Positions 25,895-36,847 of a stretch of 64,000 nt of DNA are shown here, piece after piece (within the stretch, counting starts at the first letter, position 1; the number at the start of each line of letters is the position of its first letter). The stretch spans positions 69,318,001 through 69,382,000 of the forward strand of contig NC_045696.1 of the NCBI RefSeq assembly GCF_009834535.1. The letters run 5' to 3'. This stretch comes from Camelus ferus. Its lineage: Eukaryota. The translations under genes were made by a program, and so were the position numbers. The notes under the pieces are model-generated. The model saw only the letters and a list, made by a program, of their open reading frames with translations. It was not told where the DNA came from and searched no databases.

Positions 25895-26150
25895 GAGTGG
25901 ATCTTAGGGCTCTATGAGGTCAAAAGTAATTTCATAATAATTACAGTAAAATGTTATTTCTGTTAACATGCAATGTATTCCTCCCTGCTTTCTTCAAATG
26001 AAAAGGAGCATTTCTAAATGTTCTCAGTTTTAAATTCTAATACAGTATTAATAGTTGCCACCCACATAAACAAGAGCTCTGTGGGGGCCCTCAATAATTT
26101 TTTAGGAATATATAGGTGTCCTGAGACTAAAACTTTGAAAGCTCGAAACC
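25895..26150. mobile_element. Charlie1-family hAT deletion derivative
   Basis: 'gaggtcaaaagtaatttcataataat...cccacataaacaagagctct...ctcaataattttt...gtcctgagactaaaactttgaaa'. Confidence 0.65.
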
Positions 26151-26159
26151 AACTGTCAT

Positions 26160-26545
26160 AACGTGGTGCTGTGTCCTCAGTAGGCAGAATACATGGGTCT
26201 GGAAACCAAGGGACAGAATTAGGAATTGCCCACTCACCATCACTTCTAGCCACACACTTGGAGAATTTGTGTTTTCCATCTCCATAACTGAGCTTTATGG
26301 GTTTAGAGGTTCTGATTTTCAGAGAGAAAATGCTTCCAACAGGGGACTTAGCAAGGTTCCCATTCAATTTTGAGCTATGGCTGGCAGGGGACCACTTTTG
26401 AGTCCTTGTGCCAAGAGAACAGTAGGCAAGGAAAGGAGTCACCATCCTGGCATCCTGGCAGGTAACTGGCTCAATTATAAGGAGGAGTTAGGGCTGCTGT
26501 TACCCAATGGAAGCAAGAAGAAAATGTTCAGCATCCAATTTTGAT
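26160..26545 (+). mobile_element. ERVL/MaLR internal fragment (dUTPase-like region)
   Basis: 'agaatacatgggtctggaaaccaaggg...aaaggagtcaccatcctggca...aaggaggagttagggctgctgttacccaatgga' reads KGVTILA...[12 protein letters not shown]. Confidence 0.7.
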
Positions 26546-26574
26546 AATAAATAGAAGTGCCGCACTCATGGCCA

Positions 26575-26842
26575 TAGTGAGAATGCGGAGAAAAGGGAAC
26601 CCCTGTGTACTGTTGGTGGGAATGTAAATTGGTCCAGCTGCTATGGAAAACAGTTTCGAAGTTCCTCAAAAAATTTACACTAGAACTACCATATGATCCA
26701 GCAATTTCACTTTTGGGTATTTACCTGAAGAAAACAAAAACAGTAATTTGAAAATATATGCACCCCTGTATTATTATTTATAATCAATAGTCAAGACGTG
26801 GAAACAACCTGAGAGTCTACTGATGGATGAATGAATATAGAA

Positions 26843-26885
<43 letters not shown>

Positions 26886-27152
26886 TGTGTATATTACTCA
26901 GCCATAGAAAAGAATGAAATCTTGCCATTTCTGACAACATGGACAGACCTAAGGGCATTATGGTAAATGAAATAAGTCAGACAAAGAAAGACAAATGCTG
27001 TATGATCTCTCTTGTATGTGATATAAGAAAAAACAAAAAACCAAGCTCATAGATATACACAGGAGAACAGATTGGTGGCTGGGGAACAGGTAGGGTTAAG
27101 GAGATGATTTTTTTTTTTTTTTTTAGTTTAAATAAACTGAATTTTTAAAAAA
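26575..27152 (+). mobile_element. L1 ORF2 end and 3'UTR (5'-truncated)
   Basis: 'ggagaaaagggaacccctgtgtactgttggtgggaatgtaaattgg...gaactaccatatgatccagcaat...aaataagtcagacaaagaaagacaaat'. Internal (TG)n at 26845-26882. Confidence 0.9.
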
Positions 27153-27879
27153 CTAGTGCTCTAGGACAGAGCTTTGACTAAATATGAGTCCTGATTCTCT
27201 GACTAAGAAATAGAGATCATTTTTAATATGATTTTGCATACAGCATTTTCTGCATTATTAAATTTGAAAAATAGAAACACAATAAGTAAAAAAACCCAAA
27301 AAACCTGATGCTAAGATATAACTGTTTACAGTTTAACTCAACATTGACAACTTAGTTGCTGTAAAATTATCACATTAAATTAGTGTTGTTAGTTTTATTT
27401 TGATTGATTTTGCAGTTTTGTTTGCATTTAATCTAAAGAGCTTATTTGAGCTTTATAGTAGAGTTAGTACTATAGGCACAAAGAGTTTATACTTTTTAAC
27501 GTGCATATTTATGTGAAATTGTAATAAAAATAATTTAACTCAACACTAGGAATCCATGAGAACTTTTCACCTTCCGGAATGGGTACACAAATTGCCCATG
27601 TGATATAGAGGGGACTATTAAAAGATTGCTGCTCAAAGGCATGGTGGCTTGTAGCTATTTTGTGGGTCAGGATGCTCCCTGACTGTGCCCCGAGAGAGAA
27701 AGAGAGAAAGAGAGCTGTTCTCTTTGACTGACAGTAAATATTAGATAGATGGGAAGGGCCCCTGCAGGATTCGAAGTGCAGCTTGCAGTCAACAGTGGGC
27801 TTAGGCGGAGCTGGAGATGGGCAGGTGGGGACTGGTACTAGGAGAAGCCCGGTGGGGTGGTATTCCGGGGGCTGGCATG

Positions 27880-29290
27880 CAGTGACCACTGCATGGTACT
27901 GCTGCCCTTACAGGTGGACAACTGAAGTCTGGGCAGGCTCAGCCTAGACACTTGTGAGTGTGAGAGAATGGGTCAAATAGACACCTACACAGCATATGCT
28001 TACATTTAAAATTTAGAAATCACAGTTGAGTGACATACTTTCTATCTTCCTTCCTTGACAAATATATCTTCATAACAATTAAAAAGAACAACTGTGTAAA
28101 GTTGATGGTTTCTAATTGACTGAAAGTTAACAAAATATCAAAGATGACTGAACATAATTATTATTGCATATGCTGGATGTTCTGTTGGTGGATCTGTGAT
28201 GTTTGGATGAGTAATTAGTAAGACATTTGTAATTCATAAATTGCTATTTTTTAAATAAAATTTATTTTTTGCCTTTTTTCTAGCAAAGTCACTAATTATG
28301 TAGTTATACCCATGTAATTTTCATGTAATTTGTGTTCTAGGGAAAGTATGATCGAAGTCCAGTATGATGGCCACCAGCTAAATGTGGCTATTTAAATTTA
28401 AGTTAATTGATATTACATAAAATTAAAAATTAAATTCCTTGTTGCACCTTGCATTTCAGGTGTTCAATAGCCACATGAGGTTAGTGGTTAGCATATTAAA
28501 CAGCACAGATATAGACCATTTCCATCACTGCATAAAGTTTTATTAGACTGCACTGATCTAAAGGATTAAAATTTAAAATGTAATCATATTGAAATTACTC
28601 AACATTGAATACATTTAATAAAAATATAAAGTAAATGTAAAAGATAAAAAAATAAAATTATTCTCCATATATATTTCCAATGTTTTTTCTTAAAATATTC
28701 AAAATTATTCAAAAATACAAAATACAAATTATGAGTAGACTATCAGTGTTTTAAATATTTAATAAAATATAGTTTAAATAGTTAATGAAATATTTGAACA
28801 AAGCTGAAACAACTTTTACTTAATTTTTAAATTTTAATTAAATATTATTATTAGTTTATACAACAAAACTATTTACAATTCCAGTGTTCATTGTCCATTT
28901 AATTGCCAATGTAAAGAATCATTACCAAGCTTCAAATATATTTGTGTAGACATGCACACACACAGTTAGTAGTGATATGAGAGGTTTAATATTGTAAAAT
29001 GCTCCTCAGGCATCTTGCGTAATTGTTTTGAATAGAGCATTAATTTTGCGACACTTTCTGCAACTATGAATTGGAACTCAAAAAGAAAGTGGCTGCTTAG
29101 CACCACTGGAAATAGATACTTCATTCTATTGTATGTAAAATATAAGATGCTCCATAGGAGAGTTTCACAAGTTAATCAATGTGCCTTTTCTCTTATTTGA
29201 GCACTTCTACCTGTGCAAATGTCCCCACATCTCAAGGGGTGTCCATCTCAGAGGTAGCAGTCGCACAACCACCCACACAGCCTCCCCACA
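27880..29290 (-). mobile_element. Old hAT-like DNA transposon remnant
   Basis: AT-rich. The minus strand at about 29117-28990 weakly resembles a hAT dimerization domain (LFPVV...IVAESVAKL...LRKMPEEHFTIL). Confidence 0.4.
28355..28560. mobile_element. MER3 hAT MITE nested in the preceding element
   Basis: 'atgtggctatttaaatttaa...ttcaatagccacatg...cagcacagatatagaccatttccatcactgcataaagttttattagac'. Confidence 0.8.
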
Positions 29291-29714
29291 TTTGAACACA
29301 GTGGCCTTTTGTTTCAAAAACACAGGACAAGAGAAGTGAAAACATGCTTTCCTATGTTAGTCATTGCAGTGGACATTAGGGTTGCGGGTTATGCTGCGCT
29401 GGCAACAGGCAGCCACGTGTTTCTCTATAAATGTATTTTGTATGTATGCTTGTGATATGTGGGTCCCTGTAAAGCATGGGACCAGGATAGAAGCCCTCTT
29501 GCCCAAGGCTAATGGCAGTTCTGTGCCAGGGAATCGGGAAGGAGGGTTGAGGGTTCTCCCCTCACAGTAGGCTACTGATCACTTTCAGTATTTTTGCTTC
29601 CAGTTCCCTACACTCAGGTCCTGCTTGTCTGGTAAAGTTAATGCCTAAGGAATGGACCCTGGTTGGAATATTTGAAATTTATTTGGAATATTCAAAATTT
29701 ATTTATTCAATTGT

Positions 29715-29960
29715 TTTAACAGTACTCATATAGGGCTTACTAACAGCCAGGCACTGTACTCTACATGTATTCATTCATTCACCTAATTCTCATAATAACT
29801 CTGTGAAACAGGTACTATTATTAGCCTGTTTTATGTATGAGGAAACTGAGACAGAAAGTTTAAGAAACGTGCCCAGCATCAATCAGCTTGTATGTGTACA
29901 AGCCAGGATTCCAACACAAGCAGTTCTGAATCTGAGTTCACAATCTTAACCACATTATCA
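29715..29960 (-). mobile_element. MIR SINE
   Basis: 'gccaggcactgtact...aggtactattattagcc...tgaggaaactgagacagaaagttaag'. Confidence 0.8.
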
Positions 29961-30084
29961 ATATCTGTCTACAGGGATTATTTCTTTCCTATTTGAAGTG
30001 TGAGTTTAAAGTTTTGATAGATAACATATTCCTAGAGTTTTTTTTTTTTTTTAAGCAAACAGATAATTAAAAGATATGCACTCA

Positions 30085-30371
30085 CTGCTGGGACAACTGG
30101 ATATCTATATGCAAAAGACTGAAGTTGGATCCCCTACCTCATGCAATATACAAAAATTAACTCAAAATGGGTCAATGAACTAAATATAAGAGCTAAAATT
30201 CTCAAACTCTTAGGAGAAAACGGGGAAATCTTCATGACTTTGGATTTGGCAATGGATTCTTAGATACGACACAAAAAGCATGAGCAGAAAAAGAGAAAAA
30301 TAGATAAACTGAACTTCATCAAAATTAAAAACTTTTGTACATCAAAGAACATGATCAAGAAAGTGAAAAGA
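30085..30371 (+). mobile_element. L1 ORF2 fragment (left part)
   Basis: 'gctgggacaactggatat...aaaaattaactcaaaatgg...catcaaaattaaaaacttttgt...caagaaagtgaaaaga'. Confidence 0.9.
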
Positions 30372-31488
30372 GCTCGGTTTCTGGTTCAGCATGTAAAGGC
30401 CTGGAAGTCACCACTCTCCCAACAACAGGTAAAGTGCTGAACAAACTGAAAAAGAAACAAATCTTTTTAGATCCATAAGAGAAGTGAGGTTGCAGGGCAA
30501 ACTGCTAGACTCCAAACTGGAGAGACTGACAGGCAAATCCAGAGGATCACAACTTACTAGAGCAGAAATCCACAAACAAAGCCTCCATGAGAACCAGTGT
30601 AGGGGAAAGAAAACCAGAACTGTAGTTGACAAATTGCTGGAGGCTCAATGTGGACAACCCTGAGAGTTAAAAACTCCAGGGGGACCCAGTCATACCCACC
30701 CCACGCTTTTGTGAGTTTGACCTCCAAGAGCTGAACCAAGCCCTCAACGGTGAATATTGGAGGAAAAATCTTCTCGTGCTTTCAGCTAGAGGAAGAGAAA
30801 AGGAACATTTTGAAATATAGCAGAGCCTTCTGTTCTTCTTAACCACACTGGCCCTTAGGAGAAACTATTTAACCAGAGCCAACCCTGCTAGGATTTTATC
30901 AGAGCTTAACTGACCTGGGGGAAGGGAAATACTCGACTCTAGCTCACTCTAACCATCCGGTCCCATCTAAGGGGGAAGGAGGACACTGAGAAATATGTGT
31001 TAAGTTCACATCCATAGGTATAGGCTCACTAAAAGACTCTGAGACCTAAACACTGCACTGTAGAATGCTTCCCCTCCCCCATAGCTTACCCCCACATTAC
31101 TAAAGGTTTATACAGCAGCTCCTTTAACTCAGTACATTGTGCCCAGGTATCAAGAAAAAACTACAAGGCATACTAGGGCAAAGAACACAGTTTGAATGGA
31201 CAAAGCAGGCGTTAAAACCAGACTCAAATATGGCAAGGATATTGGAATTATCAGACTGGGAATTTAAAACAACCAAGATTAATACACTAAGTGTTCTAAT
31301 AGACATAGTAGGCAACATGCAAGAACAGAAGGGCAATATAAGCAGAGATGGAAATTCTAAGAAAGGACCAAAGAGCAATGTTACAGATCAAAAACATTAT
31401 AATAGAAATGAAGAATGCCTTTGTTGGGCTTATTAATAGATGGCACTTCTGAGCTTGAGAAATTCTCAAGAAAAGGTGCCAAGATGGA
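30372..31488 (+). mobile_element. L1M 5'UTR plus start of ORF1, inserted into L1 ORF2
   Basis: Starts 'ctcggtttctggttcagcatgtaaaggcctggaagtc'. ORF 31137-31436 (...MARILELSDWEFKTTKINTL...MQEQKGNISR) resembles the L1M ORF1 N-terminus. Flanked by the direct repeat aaagtgaaaaga. Confidence 0.8.
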
Positions 31489-31975
31489 AAAGTGAAAAGA
31501 TAACCTACAGAATGGGAGAAAATATTTGCAAGTCACATATCTCATAAAGTTCTAGTATCTAGATTATCTAAAGAGTCCTTACTACTCAATAACAAAAGAT
31601 GAATAACTCAATTTAAAAATGGACAAAGGACTTAATGAGACATTTTTCCAAAGACTATATACAAATGGCCAATGAGCACATAAAGAGATACTCAACATCC
31701 TAAGTCACTAGGGAAACGCAGTTCAAAACCACAATGAGATATCACTTTATACCCACTAGGATAGCCATAATAGAGACAGTGGGAAATAACAAGTGTTGGT
31801 AAGAATATGGAGAAACTGAGACCCTCACACATTGTTGATGATAATGTAAAATGGGGCAACTGCTGTGGAAAACAGTTTGGCAGTTGCTCAAAAATTAAAC
31901 AGTATTACATGACCCAGCACTATACTCCTAAATTAAATCCAAAATAACTGAAAATAGGTACTCAAACAAATACTT
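31489..31975 (+). mobile_element. L1 ORF2 fragment (right part)
   Basis: 'acctacagaatgggagaaaatatttgcaa...aaaaccacaatgagatatcac...gtggaaaacagtttggcagtt' continues the left part. Confidence 0.9.
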
Positions 31976-32110
31976 TGGAAAGAACTTGGGCTTTGGAGTT
32001 AGGCACACCTAAGTTAAATCCCAACTGCTGCAACGTTAGCTGCTTGATCCTTGAATATGTTATCAATCTTTCTGAGCCTTAATCTGTTGGTAAAGGGGTG
32101 ACTACAGCAA

Positions 32111-32515
32111 TGTTGGCAGAGGCTTGCCAGATGTTCACTAATCTCTTCCTGGCATCAAGAAAGACTCCACTTCCCAGTTTCCCTTGCAGTTAGATCAGGG
32201 CTACATGACTAGTTCTGGCCAATATAACTGGATGGATGTGATGATTACCAATTTCAGGCCTGGCCAAAAGGGCCCAGTATAATCATCTTTATTTTTTCTC
32301 CCCTTGATCACCTGGTTAGAAGGGAAGGCATCTGAGATGGCAGATGATGACAGAAGGAGCCTGAATCTCTGAGTCACCACCTGGAGGGCACCTGCTCAGG
32401 AGAGCCTCTTGACTTATAGGGGACTATGATATGAGCAAGAATTAAACCTTAATTGTGTGAAGTCACTGAGACTTTGGGTTTATTTGTTACAGAAGTTAGC
32501 ATACTGATTAACTTT
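32111..32515 (+). mobile_element. MLT1J-like MaLR LTR (preceded by a MIR remnant at about 31975-32110)
   Basis: 'cttcccagtttcccttgcagttag...catgactagttctggccaat...ggagcctgaatctctgagtcacc...tgtgtgaagtcactgagactttggg'. Confidence 0.7.
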
Positions 32516-33010
32516 CCCTACAGGGCTAGAGTTAGGATTGTTTATGGTGTATGTGTCTTGCATGTCAGTTTCCTCTGCCTTTGAATGAGGTCTGGCCCAT
32601 GATAGGTGCTCAAATGGTACATGATTATTGCTTCTACCAGCATCCGTGAGAGCTTCCTCCTCCCCAGCCTGTTGCTGCCTGCCTATGATCTTAAGTACCA
32701 GCATAACAGGTGTTTTGACTACTTTAACCTGTTTGACATTTTGGGACAAAAAGGTCAAAATAAGAGTAGAGGTGAGAGCTAAGAGATGAATTTTACACAG
32801 CCTTAAATAAACAGGTAAATATACAACAATAAAAGTGGGGGACTGCCTGTAGTCACCTAGAAATTTCTCCTGGTAGTCTACAACCTCTAACTCCCTTACA
32901 GCAGGTTTTGCTATAAGTAGCTCAAAATATTTCGCTGTGAAGCATCCAGCCTTGCCATGAATGAAAACCTTTGCCCGAGACTGTCTGAACGAATACATCT
33001 GATTTTTAAA

Positions 33011-33145
33011 CAGGATGACCATAAAAACCAGTTTTCCTGGGACAGTTCCAATTTATGCCTGTAGTCTCAGGGTCCTGTCTGGTTAGCACCCCCTCTCACT
33101 CTCCAAAGTGTCCTGGTTTGGATGACAAGTTATATGGTTATTCTA
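33011..33145. mobile_element. MER94 hAT-Blackjack MITE
   Basis: 'caggatgaccata...cctgggacagt...aaagtgtcctggtttggatgacaagttatatggt'. Confidence 0.75.
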
Positions 33146-33147
33146 TT

Positions 33148-33415
33148 TCTTTTTTTCAATTGAGGCATAGTTGATGTACAATACTATATAAGCTTCAGGA
33201 GTACAACATAGTGATTCACAATTTTTAAAGTTACAGTTATTTATAGTTTATAGTTATTATAAAATATAGGCCATATTCCTTGTGTTGTACAGTATATCCT
33301 TGTAGCTTATTTATTTTATACATAGTAGTTTGTTATCTCTTAACCCCCTACCCTTATCTTACCCCTCTACCTTTTCCTTTCCCCACAGGTAACCTCAGTT
33401 AGGTCTCTATCTGGG
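33148..33415 (-). mobile_element. L1 3' end (laurasiatherian type)
   Basis: Poly-T, then 'aattgaggcatagttgatgtacaatactatataagcttcaggagtacaacatagtgattcacaattttt'. Confidence 0.8.
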
Positions 33416-34039
33416 TGTGGTTATCCCCATTTCTAAACAAAACATGTGTAGCTTATTATTTTCCTCAAGTTATTTATTTTGTTAATTGACTGTTCTTGAC
33501 TTAGTTTTGAACCACCTATCTTACTCTATAACGTGTTTTCTTTGGCTAAAGACAGAATCATCAGAGGAACAGAAATATTAAAGGGGTAGAGACTCGAGGA
33601 TAGACAGGCCTGGCTGAGAGTAGAGATAAGGAGGAGATGAGTAGACACTTCTTACCACCCTCCCACCACATATCTTTAGAAACTGCCATCTCTGTATTTA
33701 TTGGCAACTTATCCAAACCCATAGTATAAATAAACAGGATGAAGATTCTGTCTTTGGATAGTTGGCACATGAAAAATACGCTCTTGTGTTTTAAACTGAG
33801 TGTCAAAAGTGATTTGCAAGGGGAGCCCGGAATCCCTTTTCTGTCTCCATGGAGATATCTGCCGAGTCCTCTCCTAAGTGAGAAGTGGGACTAAGATAAA
33901 CCTCCTCAGACACAGTCTGAGGAGACATCAGGACTAGGAATGAGGCTGCACAAGAGGAAGGCTAGTGGTAGGTAGCCAGGGCTTCACTCCTAGGAGCAAA
34001 TGAGTATGCAAATTACCATTCAAATTAAGAGTCCTGAGT

Positions 34040-34365
34040 CCGAGTCCTGAGTCAGTAGGGACTGATGGCAACTGTGGGCACCTGGAGAGACCACATTGCC
34101 TTCATAAGTGGCAGCCACCACCCAGATCCAGCAAGTTGTTCCCATGAGCTGCCATGGCAGCTGCCAGTGCTGCCAGATTTTTATGATTTTTCCAAGAGAA
34201 TCCAGAAATACAGATTTTTAAAAATTCAAAATGCGTGTATTTTTAAATATTGGTAAATAAATTAATTTTCTTTTAAAAAATGTCTATGCCCTTTTAACAC
34301 TGTGAGCCAAACAAACCATCTCTGCAGGCTGGATACAGTCCTCGGGCCTCCAGCAGGTGCCTGGA
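34040..34365. mobile_element. MER102-like hAT-Charlie element
   Basis: 'tgccagattttatgatttttccaagagaatccagaaat...gagccaaacaaaccatctctgcaggctggat'. Confidence 0.65.
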
Positions 34366-36419
34366 TCCTAGACATTTAGTTCATACCACGTCAAAGATTT
34401 CAGAGGGCAGGTGGGGTTTGGGTGCATCCAAATGCTTCAGCAGCAAAGTATTTACCTCCAAACAACTCTTGTCAAATCCCAGAGCCAGAAAGAGGCTTAG
34501 AGTTCATCAAATTTAACTCCTCATTTTAGAGAAGGAACTGAAGTCTAGGAGCAGAAGTCGCACGAAGGCCTTGCCTGAGGTGGGATTTTGTCAGGCTGGT
34601 CAGAAGACTTGTCTAAGGAAAGAACATGTAACTTTCTCCTGGATAACATGCATTTTAAAAAATCACATTAGGATTTTTTTTAACGTCCCATGTGGAAAAT
34701 ATGAAATATAAAGAAAATCATATGAAAGAAAAAAATTACTATAATTGAATTATCCAGAAATAATCTGACATCACATGTGTATTTTTATATATACATATAA
34801 TTATGTATGTATGTTTAATTATATTATATGTATAATGCATTACAGATATAATATTTACATACATATATCTAATTTAAACTTTGAGATGTACATATGCTTT
34901 GGCTAACCTGTTTTTCTTACTTCATTGTGAACACTTTCACATGTTTCTAATTATTCTTCTATGATTTTTCTAATGGCTTTACAACATCCCAAGAAATGGA
35001 ATACGACAGTTACTTTGATGGCTTCTTTGAGGGGTCAAAATGGCTTAACAAGGAAGTTTCTCTCACAGTTTAATCCAAGGGTCTTGATTCTTTTTCTGAA
35101 AAAAGAACTGCTTTTGATTTCCTCCAAAAGCCTGATGATGGGGAGGTAAAATGTCTTAAGTGGAGAAAAGGGAAATGGAGAATGATTTAACCATAGCCGA
35201 TTCCTGGGACACCCACCAAGTAATTTTCCGAATCGGCTGATCAGTTTATTGAGATCCTTGGTCTCGAACCTATTGAATGGGGAAATATCCTAACGTTAGG
35301 GTGGGGTCTGCCTGAGGGGTCTGGCTGGTATTACCCCACACAGGACACCAGCCCATTTGTGTAGACACCAAAATGGGAATTCCTAGGGCACAAAGTTCAT
35401 GAGTGTATCCCTGGCCCTGGGCCCAGCAGAGTCCCAGGTTTCTACCCCTGCACACAGCCCCTTCTCACAGCCCCTTCCCAACGGGCCTGCTGTGTGCACA
35501 AGGCCTGATCTGCAAAGCCCTCTCTCCTCTTCTAGGCAGAATAGTCATTCCGAACCTGAGCACAGACCGTTTCTTCTTCCTCTGCAGAGACTGCCAGTGT
35601 CCTCCTGGCCTCTGGTCCAAGGAGTAAACAGGGCCTTCTCCAGAGGCAGCTGGGTCCTTCCCAAAAAGAGCTCACAGCAGACCCCAGACAGAAGGGCTAT
35701 CCTTAAGGCAAGCATCAGAGACCCTTCACTCCAGATTAAGTCTGGGCAGGATTCATTGCCTGTACTTTTCCTGCAAAAGGTCACTTATCTTCCTTCTTTC
35801 CCTGCCCACCCCCTTCCCTGGCTGCAGAAGCTATTTTTAAATTGCCCTGGCAACTGGAGGACACAGGCTGGGCTTCCTGTGATGCTGCAGTCACCAGGAA
35901 CTGACCGGGAGGGCCACGGAAGAGCCTGTTCCTCCCCACTCCTGTGGGAGTGGCGCCCTTAGAGCAGTCAAGACCCAAGTTCCCTGCACTCCCCCTGCCT
36001 CTTCCTGACTTGGCCATCGTCAGTCCACTTATTCCAAGAAAGCTTCTCAGACTTTTGCTCTCAGGACAAATGTGATAGGTGTTCAGAAACTTGAAGCAGA
36101 ACTGTACCCCCTGGTGCAGGGATCTGCTGGGCAGTGGGGCGGTGGTATTAGCTGTGGGAGTGGCCCACCTGGTGCAGTAAATAAAGGCATACGCTGTCCG
36201 CAGAGAGTGTGAGATCAATCACGAAAATGACTTAAAGCTAATTTGCTTTCTGCTGTCATCAAGGGCCAGCAAGTCTGTTGGCAGTGTTAAACACTCCTGG
36301 GTGGGCCCCCATCATGCTTCCCTTCCACTGGTTACCCTTTGCCCACACCCATGACGCCCCAGCTCACTGTGCCAATACCTGGGAAACAAGACATTCCTCA
36401 TTCAAATTCTATCAAGTCC

Positions 36420-36596
36420 CACTATGGACTGAATGTTTGTGTCCCCCCAAACTTCATGTGTTGAAGCCCTAATCCCCAATAGGATAGTACTTGGAGGTGG
36501 AGGCTTTGGGAGGTAATTATGTTTAGATGAGGTCATGAGGGTGGGGCCCCCATGATGAAATTATTTCCCTGATAATAAGAGGTCAGAAAGCGTGCG

Positions 36597-36652
<56 letters not shown>

Positions 36653-36847
36653 TGCTCTCTCTCTCTCCCCCACTCCCTCCCTCTCCACCACGTGGGGATA
36701 CAGCAAGAAGGCCCTCAGCAAGAAACCAACCATATTGGTGCCTCAGTCTTGGACTTTCAGCCTCCGAAATTGTGAGAAGTAACTGTTTGTCATTTAAGCC
36801 ACCTATCTATGGTATTTGTGTTATAGCAGCCCAAACTGATTAAGGAA
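36420..36847 (+). mobile_element. MLT1A0-like MaLR LTR with internal (CT)n microsatellite (about 36600-36668)
   Basis: 'ctatggactgaatgtttgtgtcccccc...gatgaggtcatgagggtggggccc...ttaagccacc...gttatagcagcccaaactgattaag'. Confidence 0.85.

Noticed and set aside
29664..29705. About 20-bp imperfect tandem duplication (similar small ones at 2393, 26442, 34031)
   Set aside because: Ordinary slippage duplications, not an array or CRISPR-like structure.
31137..31436. 99-aa ORF as a host gene
   Set aside because: It is an L1 ORF1 remnant.
32480..33022. 180-aa minus-strand ORF
   Set aside because: Starts in MER94, ends in an MLT1 LTR, and has no recognisable homology.
35399..35962. Longest ORF (187 aa)
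   Set aside because: Non-ATG start, S/P/L-rich composition, no recognisable domain, and overlapping ORFs on both strands; consistent with chance.
36533..36843. ER- and SL-repeat ORFs
   Set aside because: Translations of the (CT)n microsatellite within MLT1A0.
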